Assembly: GCA_051294375.1 (NCBI GenBank)
Contig: CM119268.1
Span: forward strand, 11,905,585-11,969,584
Source: Paraspadella gotoi
Taxonomy: Eukaryota; Animalia; Chaetognatha
Length of the DNA: 64,000 nt
Reading direction: 5' to 3'
The position numbers and the translations under genes were made by a program. The first letter of the stretch is position 1. Each line of letters opens with the position of its first letter. The notes under the pieces are model-generated. The model had not been told where the DNA came from and searched no databases. It worked only from the letters and a program-made list of their open reading frames with translations. Shown here in pieces: positions 45,201 to 58,122 of this stretch.

Positions 45201-47171
45201 ATATTTATTCTTCTTTAGGGAAAACAATACTAAATAATTATCTTGTAAAAGTTCTGCAGCCGGCATTTTTGGCTAAATATAACTTGCTTGCTCTCCCCTG
45301 CTCGCTCCCGTCCACTTCGGTTTTTTTCTTGTTTTCTTTTAGGGAAAAAACACGGTTAAGGTTATTTTTAAACATTAAAAGATTCGATGATTCTGACGTC
45401 ATAACATCCTTCTGTTCACCTGTAATGGTAGTGGAATCATACCTGTAAAACTCCGAAGCTGCAGTTCGGTATTATTTTTCAAATGTTTTATTTCCGATTT
45501 TCTATCGCACCATGTCACAGTCTCGGAGCTCTAACTTCGGAATAATGCATTGTTAAGGGGACAAGGGTTTTCGCATGCAAACTATCACGAATTAACAGGA
45601 CTTGTTTTCTCTCTCCCTTACAACGTATTTGCCTTTTTACTCTCTAGTCGAACGACCACATAATTTTTGGCAACATCCAGATTTTGAATATTCTGAAAAA
45701 TTGTTTTCCTGTTCGTTTTACCCACTGAGCTTGTTTTTTTTTTTTTAGAAAGTTTTTTTCTATGAGATCACGCTGCCTTTATTTATGCCGATTAAATTAT
45801 TTTGTTGACTAAAACGGTGTTTTATGACTTAATTATGAATAAAAAATAGATATTGCAATATTTAATTATTCATTTTGATAATAGCTAGATTGTATTGATT
45901 TATTTTAATGAATAATTTATATAATGAAGGTTGTACAATTTCATTGACGATTCGCGAGGAGACTTTTGTTTTTTATAGTTAGTTTTCTGCGACATCTTTT
46001 GTTGGTGGGTACTGAACTGCAAGTTTCGTTTCAAGGGCTGGTATGTTTTAATCGAAAACAAGTGGCTTCGAGTGCGTGAGGTTTTCAAGAAAGAGAGCTA
46101 TAACTATATAACTATAAATATAAGCTATATGCTATATAAAAGAGAGCTATATAAGTTTAAAGTTATAGCTATAAGCTATGGCTATAAATATAACTAAAAA
46201 TTAAGTAATAACTATGGATATATCATTACACATTATCTCTTTAGACGTTACTATGTCGTGGTCTATTTCTGATTACACGACGAATGACATATACTACAAT
46301 CACATGAAAAGTACAATGGTTTGAACATTCTAAATATACAATGGTACAATGGATTGAATATTCGGAATATAAGAAACCCCGACCTAATGACCAAATCGCT
46401 CCATTGTCCTTGTCTCCTTTCACCCCGCCTCTTTTGCTCCTCGATTTACCGCACCCGAGTTGCGCTTGGCGACGACGCCATCACACATAGACCGCTTCTC
46501 CGTTGCCAATGGCGACGCCACCGCACTAAATCAACTGTAAACTCATTTCGGCTTCGATGAGATGAGGTGACGATTGCGTTGTTGTTATCTTATGGATCAG
46601 GGAGCTTCTGTCGGTGACCGTGTCGACGCCCGGTTTATCTTTTGGAGAATCGATATCATGATGCTACGGAAAATTTATTTAAGTGGTAATCTTTTAAGAA
46701 TTGTGTCTCAAAATAGTTTAGTCAACGAAATAATACTAAAACCCAGAGACAATCAAAAAAAAAAAATTGGCGACTTTGTCATAATTATTTCTGAATTTTT
46801 GAAATGAATAAATGAATGAATGAATGAATGAAAAAATGGATGAATGAATGAATCAATGGATAAATGAATGAATGGATGAATGAATCAAAAGGTCGCTAAA
46901 AAACTGCAACTGATATTCGCCTACAATATGTTATAGAAATAACATTCATCTCTACTTTTTCATTCATAAATAAATTTTTGATAATGTTAATAAATTAACA
47001 AAAAAGAAAAAAAATATAGGAAGAGATAAAGAGATAGAGGAATGGGGACTAGTTGGAGTCATCGCTCCAAACCCTTCACACTAATCGATTCGGAGTCATG
47101 CTCGAGGTTAGAACCTTGCTTCAATAAAACTGGGTAAGGATTCGGCCTTAATCTCGTAGCGTCTTTAAGCT

Positions 47172-47227
<56 letters not shown>

Positions 47228-47654
47228 TCTCCCCTTGACCGCATTCGTGCGAAATCGTGTCACCATATGGTTTCCTTGACGACCGACGGGATCGACGTCG
47301 ATGGGCGAACGGGTCACCGAGATTTTTCCCTGGTCACGTGACCTTTCACCGCCATTCGGTTCACGTGATCCTCCGAGCCGTCATTTTTGGGTCGAGAATC
47401 ACAAAAGGCTTGGGTGACGAGTCGACGCCGGTCGGAGGGAGAGAGAAGGAGAGTCAATTCACCGTCGCTGTGATCATTGATGTGATCAGTGATCAATGAC
47501 GTCATAGACGATCGGTGATTTAGGATTCGTCATCCTTGATGAAATATCTCTCCTTAATATGGTATCATCTGTATGAATCCGGTTTTGAAAATGAAGAAAT
47601 AAATTATATTTTAAACCAAGAAACGTAATGAAAGAAGAGTAGTATTTGCTCAAT

Positions 47655-47825
47655 TTCTGCCATCTCTGATGGCTTTGCTTTCCCTTTCTGTAATCTCTGA
47701 CTACTTTGCCGCCTTTATCTTTCTGCCATCTCTGATGACTTTACCGCCTTTCCCATTCTGCCATCTCTGATGACTTTGCCGTCTTTTTCTTTTTGCCATC
47801 TCTGACGACTTTCCCTCGCTGCCAT
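47655..47825. repeat. About 31-35-bp tandem repeat (mirrored at about 63330-63500)
   Basis: TTCTGCCATCTCTGATGACTTTGCCGCCTTT-like units, 5-6 copies. Confidence 0.8.
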
Positions 47826-48006
47826 CGTTTCCCTTTATGAAAAAAACGGAAGCTTTAGTCCCAAAATTTGGTCAACGGTTCACATACGATGGAAAGTTGT
47901 GGGGGAAAAAATATCTACCGTCGTCGGTGCCATTTATTCCATTCATGAAGAGCCGTGAAATGGCTTCGCCCTAATTTCGCCTTTCATTTTTCCTCTTTCT
48001 CTCTCT

Positions 48007-48087
<81 letters not shown>

Positions 48088-48550
48088 TCTCTTCTTATAG
48101 TCCGTTTTTTCCCTCGAGCGCTCGCTCGTTCGACAGACCCTCTCGAGGATTCGAACGCCAGACCTTCTAGCCCAAAAAAAAGGAAAAGAAAATTCATTGA
48201 GTTTTCTCTCTTTTTTTCTTTTTTTTTTGTTTGGAATTATAGGTTTTTTTGTTTAGCGTCTTTTGTTGTTTTTCAGAGTTGACTTAACCCTTCGTAACCT
48301 TGAAGATTTAGGTCAAAACTTTCCATTACTATCGACAACTTTTGTTTTCTTCCTCGCGTCCGAACTTAATTCGGCCAGAGCGGTGGTGAGTGGAAAGTGA
48401 AAATTAAAAAACGAGCGCCGAGTTTTTAAATTTTTTTTTTTAATCTTTCCTGATCGGATTTGTTTTGACGTTTTGAAAGTAATTGGTCCGAGGATGGAAC
48501 TACAATCTAGAGTTTTTATTGAACTTGACTTGACGAGTCATAATAGAGAG

Positions 48551-48631
<81 letters not shown>

Positions 48632-49389
48632 AGAGAGACAGACAGAAAGAGAGAGAATGAGAGAGAGACTTTTACGAGCCTTCAGCCTCATAAATCGGAT
48701 AATCGTAAATAAGACATAAACGATTGTTTCCTATTCATGGAAGCGAAAGGGGCGGTGACACCAATACCGATTTGGCCTCAAGAAAAAGACTCACTCGTCG
48801 TTGCTATTTTTTTTTCTAATTCTCTATTGTACTTTTTTGTGAGATTCGATTTATTTAAACCTCGTATTTCATGAGCTGAACTCTCCAACCAGTATTCTAA
48901 TGACTAAAGATAAACGTATTTACGTTGACCTCAAACTTTCGTAACTCTTTTTCCATTAACGTTTTACTTTTCAAATTTCCATTCGTGCAATGAGAAAGCG
49001 ACAAAAACAAGGATGCAAATTCGAAACTTGATGTTTTAAAAATCTCTGATACTTCGTATAAAAAGTTGGCCAGTGAGGGGATCAATGTCTCGACCTTGGC
49101 GTTATTAGGACCACGGTCTCGCCAACTAATTAATACTAATACTAATTTATAAAAGCTGATTGCCATTTACGATTCCAACGACAACAGCAAGGTCCAAAGC
49201 AACGAATATACGAACGACGACGACGACGACGACGACGTCGTTGAAACGGACGACGACGATAATAGTGACGACGAGGATGACGACGTGGATCTCGAGGTCG
49301 AAGACTTCCAGACGACGCACTCAAGATATCCAGGCGGTGTTGGACNNNNNNNNNNNNNNNNNNNNNNNNNTGCGACGAAGAGGAAGCAG

Positions 49390-49429
<40 letters not shown>

Positions 49430-49714
49430 AAGAGAAGATCAGGGTGAGACAGAGACAGAGAGAGTCGCAGTTAGAGCCGACGTAAAGCGTGATTATCATC
49501 CCGCTTCTTTTACTCCATTGGCCAAGGAGTTTTCCTTCTAGTTATGTTTGTATTATATGTTATTTTGTATGTTGTGTCTTGGCTAGAGTAAAGTCCAATT
49601 AAAAATAAAAAAAATATTTATCACTTGAAAACATTTTTATTTTTGTTGAATTAGTCTTTTAAGATTTTTAATAGTCTATCTTAACCATGCTAATCTCTCT
49701 CCTCGTAAGTTGCT

Positions 49715-49733
49715 AATAATAATAATAATAATA

Positions 49734-49764
<31 letters not shown>

Positions 49765-49790
49765 TTATATAATAATAATAATAATAATAA
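49715..49790. repeat. (AAT)n microsatellite (mirror copy at about 61415-61492)
   Basis: Direct inspection. Confidence 0.9.
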
Positions 49791-52700
49791 ACGGGGAGTG
49801 TGAATTGATATAAAACCAAAACAAGGAATCTGAATCAAATTGTAGTATTACGAATTCTTTAAACAGAATAATTGGTAAAGAGTATTTCAAATAAGAAGTA
49901 ATTATGGGATGTACATTTAGAACGAGAATTAAAGTCTGAATCAATAATGTATGTTTTATGTATACAATGTTTAAAAATAGAATGAATTTTGAAATATAAA
50001 GACAATTTCAAGCTTAATTATATTTAATTACTTACTTGTAGTTTGTTTGGAAAAACTTAAAGAATAATGAATACAGTTATATTAAAATGCTTGGAATTTT
50101 TAAATTTTAAAAATGGTTGTCCATGGCCCCTGCGTTGGAGAAAATATACGCTTGTTTTACTAGAAAGGCTAAATGTTGCAGACGCTGAAGATATTCACTT
50201 CAATTTTTAAAGGTTCAAAATAGGTTAGAATTTGAACTTTAGACCTTCAAAAAAAGATTTTTGGAAATTTTTAAACGAATATTCTAATTTAAAATTTTTT
50301 TATAAGTTTGGAATGAATTTAGAAAAAAACGATTAATTTCGAATTTTATTTTGTGGGAGAAAAAAAAACGCTCGAACAAGCAAGTGCTGCAAACGCTGAA
50401 TACTTTCAGGTACATGCTTCTGAAAGTTTGGTAGAGGGTTAAGTTTTTTGGCGCTTTACCCATTGCATTAGTCATCGTAATGTGTGTGATATGTTAAACG
50501 AGCGTCATCAATCATTCTGAAATGAAATGGTTTTTTGTGCCAAATGCGATTGGTTGACCCATTACGCACTACTATTTTATTGAACAAAGAGTGTGGGAAA
50601 TTCAGCGCTGAAAACAACATTAATCGAATCACAAGAGATTCGAAGAAATGAATTCTTTTTTTTGGTCTTAAGTTAAAAAAAAAACGGAAACTTGATTTCT
50701 CTTCGCTTTTTATTCCAATAAAGTATAGAATATGGCTAACAAGTATAGTCCACTTGAACGAATGTAAAGCTTGCCAAAAACATTTAAGAGGCCGGCCAAC
50801 ATTCCAGGTCCGCTGAGACTGGTACAGCAATTGCAGCATCAAGATAGTTACGAGGCTCCAGCGTTATTGTCAGTGACTGTAGGCGTGGCAGGAGGACAGC
50901 ACTTGGCTGCAGCGTCCAAACCTCTAGTCCCTTTGCCTCGCAGAGCACGTCAGCGATGACTTCTTAGAAATTTCTGGTTAAGTTCTTTTTGGAAAGATAT
51001 TTTTTAAATTCGTTGAATTTAATTTTTGAAGAAATCACTTTAAAGAAGCTTAAAATAGTGAAATGTTTTTATTTTTTATTATACATGATCGGAAGCACTA
51101 AATTTAATGTAACTTATTTAACTTGTCGGGAGGACTTCTAAAGTACAATCTTTGTTCACGGAGTTCTAAGAACGAGAAAGTGAAACCTTTATCAGAAAGA
51201 GGATAATCTTTAACCTTCATTCTAACAAAAAAAGTCATTTTAAGGAAAAAGATTTTAAATAAGGAGTGCAGCTTTCTATTATTTTTCCCCCATTCAGTTT
51301 TTTTTTTTTATGGGGATTTCTATTCTTACTTTCTTTCTTCTTTGAAGAAGGCAATGCGCTGCCAGTGCATGCGCAATTTCAAACAAAATGCTCAAAACCA
51401 ACAACGATCTAGTGGCTACGCAGCATCATAGGCAGCGCTGTGTCCAATCTTGTATAGGCATCAGGCTTGGCAGCGTGTACTTATCATATTACTATGACAC
51501 ATCGCCTTGCCGGCCAGTGTCTTTGGCAGCGTTTTATGGACGGTTCTCTTTACAAGCTGCTGCTCTCTGCAGCGCTGAACAAACGACGTTTGGAATTATC
51601 TGAATTCAAAAGAATCTTATCAATGTGACTATGTCTATGATAGAAAAAAATATCAGGAAAAAAAAAGATTTTAAGGTGCTGATTTAATTATAGGAAGGGT
51701 GTTAATAATATTTGAATGCTATTTTGTTTTAGTTCTTAATAACATGCTTTGGCTCAAAAATCTTATACTTATTGAAATTCATGGAATTTGTATTCCTTGG
51801 AAAGCCTGCACTGCTAATGCTTAGCTGAGGTGAGTCCTACAAAGCAAATTTCATTTTGGATTGGGAATTAATGCTAACGAGCTTGGGCTTGGTTTCTGAC
51901 ATATGACATCGGGCTCGCTCATTCAAAAGCTTCAGCGCTGAAGCGCTTTCTTTTTTTTTTACTTAACCATTGTTTTCTGATTGGAGATTAACGGACATCG
52001 TTGTTCAAATTTGGTTTATTAAACTCAGGATATCAAGAATATAAGAATAATAATAATCGACTAATTAGGGATACTTCAATAACTCTAACTTAGTCAATAT
52101 TATGAGAGTTTTTATGTAATTAAGGAAAGTGTTTCTTTCTCACCTACACCATCTGCATTTGTCATCTCTGGATTTGGAGGTGCGTGCTTGTGCTGTCTTC
52201 TTGCATCACGTGAATAACAATGGCGTTCTAAACTTGGTGGTGGGGGGCAACGCTTCATGGCTCAGAGTTGAAATCTTGCAGATTCGGTCATTAGATGCAA
52301 AATCTTTCTTTTTGCTCAAGAAAGTTTCACTTTTTTTTTGTTCTGCCTTAAACGAAATTGAAGCGCTTTTGTCCAGCGCTGATTGGACTCTTCGAAGTTC
52401 TCAATTTTAAATGAAAGGAAAAAAATAGGGCATTGCCATATCATTAGCTTTTTTTTTTTCAGATAAATTTTCCAAAAGCATGAAAATAAAAAGTAAACTA
52501 CTTAAAAAATCTTTGTGATGACTCATTCGCTGTGTTAAAAAAATTTACTTAAACTAAATAACAAATTTATAGTGTTTTGTGCGTTTATTTTGAAAATATT
52601 AACGCATCTAAAATTGTGTATAATGTTGTCTATGTATGAAATGAATAGTGTGTATAGTTTTTAGTTTTATTATGTCTATTCTTTTTTGGCTTCCGTTTCC

Positions 52701-54039
52701 TGAGAGTTAAATAATTTATCTCAATCAAGATTTTAAACTGAATTTAGTTGACGAGATCCATACTTAAATATTTTTGTTCTAAATATATTTATTAACTACT
52801 AATAATATGTGAACTAAGCTACCTCAAATACTGTAAAGAAAGCCTCGTCACCCAATTCGAATGAAGAGAGACGATAGGTCCCGATGTCCCCGATTCTGCA
52901 GAGGCCATCATCGAGATCTGGCGACAAGAGGAGAGCAATGGAGCGGCCGACAAAGACGCTTCGCCTTTCGAACGATCGAGTCCGTTCATCTCCTCACCCG
53001 AATCGTCGACAGAAATGAGACTGAGTGAAATTATTCGTGAACCTCACCAGGCTTTCTCGACCTCACTCGAGAGAGAGAGAGAGTGATGGGGGAGGGAAAA
53101 TTCCATATTCATGAGCAGAAGTCCATTGATGGTCGCGTCGTCGATTTCACCCAAATATTCATTGCGGGGGAATCTTAAGGGAAGAGAGAGGAAGAGAGGA
53201 AGTGAGGGAGGAACGAAAGGAGAAGAGGAAAGGAAAAGGAGTTGGAGAAGGAAAAAGGGGAAAAAGGAAAAAAAGGAACAGTAAAAGACGGAATCTTGTG
53301 GGGGAGAAGATGGAAAAATTTACAACGATAACAATAAATAAATAACTGAGGAGAAAAGAAGGAAGGGGTGCGGGTCATAATGTATATCGAGGGAGGAAAA
53401 CGAGAGCGAGAGAGAGGCAGAGGGAGAGCGAGAGAGAGGCTGAGGGAGAGCGAGAGAGATACGTAGAATGAAGGATGAATGGAGGTGGGAAAATCCTTGT
53501 CCTTTCTTGCACAAATAAGGCGCAGGAAGGACAAAAGGCAGAGGGGGACCCTAATTAGGGTTAATCTTCGACAACCCGAAGTCGATGTCTTCCTGGAAGA
53601 GATAGAGAAAAGCGAAAGCGAAAAGATTGAGAGAAAGAAAGAAAAGGTGAAGAGAAACAGAATAGAAAATAAATAATATATATAAATGAAGGTAAAATAT
53701 TTGAAATATAAATAGATCAAAAAGTTTTAAATGGAATGGAAGGGGAATCCAAACATAGATAGATACATAATATATATATGTGTGTATAGCTAAAAATCTA
53801 GCATAAATAGTGTCTCAATCTAATACTGTCACTCAAGATTCCACCCTTCGTAATAGTAATCCTTTCATTAGCGTGAATAAGACTACATTGTAACAATATG
53901 TCATTCGACAGACACATATCGCCTTCTTCTCGGAACCTGTTACCCTGTCGTCTTTCTGCACGAACGCCGCGGGCGGGCCGCTTCACCGCCTCCTTCCGCC
54001 CACCCTACATCCCGCGCTCACCGCCTTTTTCGCGACCCA

Positions 54040-54102
54040 CACCGCCAAACCGCCAAACCGCCAAACCGCAAACCGAAACCGCCGAACCGCCAAACCGCAA
54101 AA
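54040..54102. repeat. Short (CCGCCAAA)n tandem repeat in a CpG-rich island of the spacer
   Basis: About 7 degenerate 7-8-bp units. Confidence 0.75.
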
Positions 54103-54639
54103 CACGAGAAACCGCTTCGATTTTGCGTCCTACATTTTCTGCGTCGACGTTCCTAAGTTGACCCGTAATTAACCCCAGATCCGTAGCCAGCGCCTTTGGA
54201 TCGGTTCCACATTGTGGCAATGTGCGCGTGCAAAAGCAAGTCGCGCATTTCGCGTGTGCGTTCGCAATGTCGCGCATTCTATCGCTTGTAATCATCGCGT
54301 CTTTGCGAGTCGATGTAGAAAAGCTCATTCCGCGCTGGCGATCTTTTTCGTTTGTAAATGTATAGATAGTTTGTTTTTTACATGTACTATAATAATCATT
54401 GAATTAATTATGTACGTGCGTACGTCTGTGCTTACCGTTTTTGCTTGATTAAAAATCAAAATTCCGCACCTAATGTGACGATAACTTAATCATTAAGTCT
54501 GCTTAATCATTAAATCATTAAATCTGCTTCGGTTTTACATTAAGTTAATGTAAACTCAGTTCATCCTGAAATGAGACAGAAAAAAAAGAACATGAAAGAT
54601 TTAAAGCTAACATATCAAATATCCCCTTTTCAATCTCTC

Positions 54640-54711
<72 letters not shown>

Positions 54712-55135
54712 CTCTCTCTTCTCCTCTCTCTCTCTCTCTCGCTCTCTCTAAGGAACTGGTAAACCCCCTTATGATTCTGTCACCCAAAGAGAGGCGACCC
54801 CAGGATTGACCCCGCCATGATTACGGGCTCGGGGTACGGGAGTTTATCCTTTGGTTGATAAAGCTGGATTGGATGAGTGGTGGTTGAGTGCGGAGGTGGT
54901 TGAGAGAGGGGTGGTTGAATTTGGGTTGTTTGGGACCGTCCAACGGAGGCTCAAGTGCAAGGAAGTGGGGCTCTACAGGGTTTGCGGTTTTCAGGTGGCG
55001 CCCGGAGAAGTTTTGAAGATGGATGAGAGATGATTACAATCTTGATGCCCTGTCGAATGCCTCCGAACGAGTGAGAGAGAGAGATGGAGAGAGGAGAGAG
55101 AGAGAGAGAGAGAGAGATGAAGAGTGAGACGGAGA

Positions 55136-55172
<37 letters not shown>

Positions 55173-56931
55173 CAAGCGGAAAATAGATGTAAATTAAGAA
55201 AATTGTAAAAATTCCACCAAATTTCAGCTTATTTCTTACATAGTAGAATCATAAGTCGATAGAAAACGGAATAGTCTCAAACAATCGTGAGCTCAATCGG
55301 ACTAATCGTTCCCAGCGACAGGCCGTCACGAAGACAAATTTTCTAGCGTCCAATGGCGAGCGAATGTAGGTCCGGTCGTGGGCATCGCATCTCGTTCTGC
55401 GCCTGCGCGTGACCTATGACCCGGGTGATGGACGAGATGCGGGAGAGAGGGGCGCTTGTTCCTAAAGTGGAGGCAGGATTAACTGATTCTTGGCTGACTG
55501 AATGTTTTTTAATTTTTTTTTTATTCATCAAGCATAATTTGCCCAAAGAAAAATTTCGTCAGCTCCCTCTCTCTATATCTTTCTCTCTCTCTCTCTCTCG
55601 TATCTGAGTACAAATTCAGAATCTTTAACCATTTATTAGAAGTAATGAATTACAAGAGAAACAAAAGGGGAGAAACTTGAATGAAAAAACCTGTGAGTGA
55701 AAAGAGACCTGAAAAAAAAAGATAACATAAAAAAAAGAAATGAAAAAAGTAAAGAAGAAAAGAACGAGATAAAGAGAACAAGAAACCAAAAAAAAATTGA
55801 ATAGAGGTGAAGAGAGTTTTACTGTAACGTACATATTTTCGAAATGATTTTAATTAAAATTATACATTAAACCGTTAAAAAAATATAGAAAGTAGCCCCT
55901 TCGATAATCTTAAAGAAACTGGTTGGTTTTAAGAGGACATTGATACTTTATTTTATATTATTTTTTTGCCCTCTTTTTTTATATGTACCTTCTCTTTTTT
56001 CGCGCGCTAAAATTTATTCCTTTTAAATCTTTCTTCTTTCCCTCTTTTCCCTTTTTTCTTTCTCGCAACCCTTCTTTCCTTTCTCCTTTTTTAGCCTTCA
56101 TTGTTTTCACATCCAGAGTCACTTCCCAATTTCAACTTTGCATCAAAAATTCAAATTTCAATTCGCATAACAATTTTTGACTAAATTTTAGGAAAAGTTT
56201 TTCCACCCTTTATGGTCTTTTTTCTTCCCCTTCGTAAAGTCTATGGACAAAGAAATACAGAATGGCAGTTTTAGGAAACAAAATAAAATTCCTTTTGTTA
56301 GAGAAAGTATATAAATTTACTAAGATAATGCGATAAGAATATGAATATATACTCAAAGAGATTAAATGAATTGAAAACTTTCATTTTCAAGATAGCTTAT
56401 TTATTAAATGAATGGATAATTGTATATTGGTTGTATTAATTTCAAAAAACTATACAAAATATGACTTGAAAAGATTCCAAAACTTTTATTTTGTCAAATA
56501 TAAAGACGTAAGATTTACGCAAAACCCGAACTTCGTAATTTCCGCTTCATCCGTCTTTCCATTGGCGCCTCCGTTTCTGGCGCCCGACTTTCGACGCCGC
56601 CTACAATAATGACGCTGAAACCCGGCGCTGGCCGATTTCTCGGCGAACGCCGATTCGCGATCCTCACGATAAGTGTGTGACGAATGGCAATTATTCGGTC
56701 CAGATGCAAAACATGTTTTGATATTATATGAAACAATATATTTAACTAAAAAAAATATTTTAAATTGTTTTTTTTTCAAAACCGCGAAATTCTCAATTTG
56801 GAACAATAATAAATCAGAAATCTGCAATATTTCTTTACTTCTAAATCTTAATTTATTCCAGAGCAGTGAGAAAACGTTAACAACCTATTCAAACTTTCAG
56901 ATCACGCTGCCTCAAGTTTTCTGCGCTCTCG

Positions 56932-57008
<77 letters not shown>

Positions 57009-57373
57009 GTTTTTTCCCCTTTCTCTCCCATTCTCCAGGTTAATTCATTTACGTTCACATCCTCGTCAAAGCCTAAAAATCAAAGTTCTAAACAACCTAA
57101 GAAGAAAAAAAAAAGGAAGGGGTTAAATTTTGATTCTCCCCCAAAAAAGGCAGCAAATGAATGAGTCTTTTCGTTGCGCCTTTCATTTAAACCATTTTCC
57201 CCTCTTTAATCTCTCCCCCCCTGATCGACCCCCCCTTTTCCCCGGTTCTTTCTCGAATGAAAAAGAAAAACAAAAGTCTTCTATTTTTAGCGCGTTTTTT
57301 TTTTTTTTTTTTAGTTTCCCCCTTTCACTTATTTCCCCCTTGGTTCTCTCATGGTTAATGCGCTTCGGTAGAG

Positions 57374-57465
<92 letters not shown>

Positions 57466-58122
57466 CCTCTTCTCTCTTCTCCTTCTCTCCTCTCTCTCTC
57501 TCTCTCTCTCTCCGCATCACTGTGAGACAAATCAGGACTTACACAGATCCCCGATTCTCCAAAAATCACGGCTTTTCTTTTTCTCCCTTCAAGTTCCAGT
57601 TTGCGGTTCGAATTCATTCAACATTTCAATCTCTTCTTTCTTTTTTTCACTTCGAAAATCGAAAATTCTCGAATTCCATCGATATTTTTCGATCGAACAG
57701 GACGAACCATCCCCAAAATAAAGAATTATTTTAAAAAAAAATATTTATTACTTCTCCCCGTCTCTTCTACTGTTCTAAATATTCTTTCCGTAGTTTTCAT
57801 TGTTTTTACCACGGTTTCCTTTTCGATCGTTTCCTTTCTAGGCGAACTTCTTTTTTCCCCGTTTTCCTTAACGCACCCAACGAGTTCCCCCCCGCATCTC
57901 ATATCCCCTCGCTCCTTCAATTAGTCCTATTATCTTCCCTCCGTCTTTAAACTCACTAATTGCTTTCCAACCACCCACCCCCCCAAAAAAAAAACCAGCA
58001 AACGAAATCCCGGCCCAATCTTTGGAAACTCTCGGTCTCCAAACCCAAAAAGCCCAAAAAAAGCCCCGAGCGAATCCCTTACCCAAACTACCAAACTCAC
58101 GAGGGAAAAAGATAGGAAGAAT

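Larger units (their letters stand above)
47312..53068 (+). repeat. Left arm of a large inverted duplication (may extend further left)
   Basis: Reverse complement of 58123-64000 at every point compared. For example GGTCACCGAGATTTT at 47312 matches the window end, and ...GACCTCACTC at 53068 matches GAGTGAGGTC at 58123. The ORF track shows mirrored ORFs (51388+/59556-, 52129+/58813-, 48500-/62479+). Confidence 0.97.

Noticed and set aside
54760-55480. Exon-like GC-rich blocks on the minus strand in the spacer
   Set aside because: All frames contain stops and no family is recognisable. They cannot be called without polishing and RNA data.
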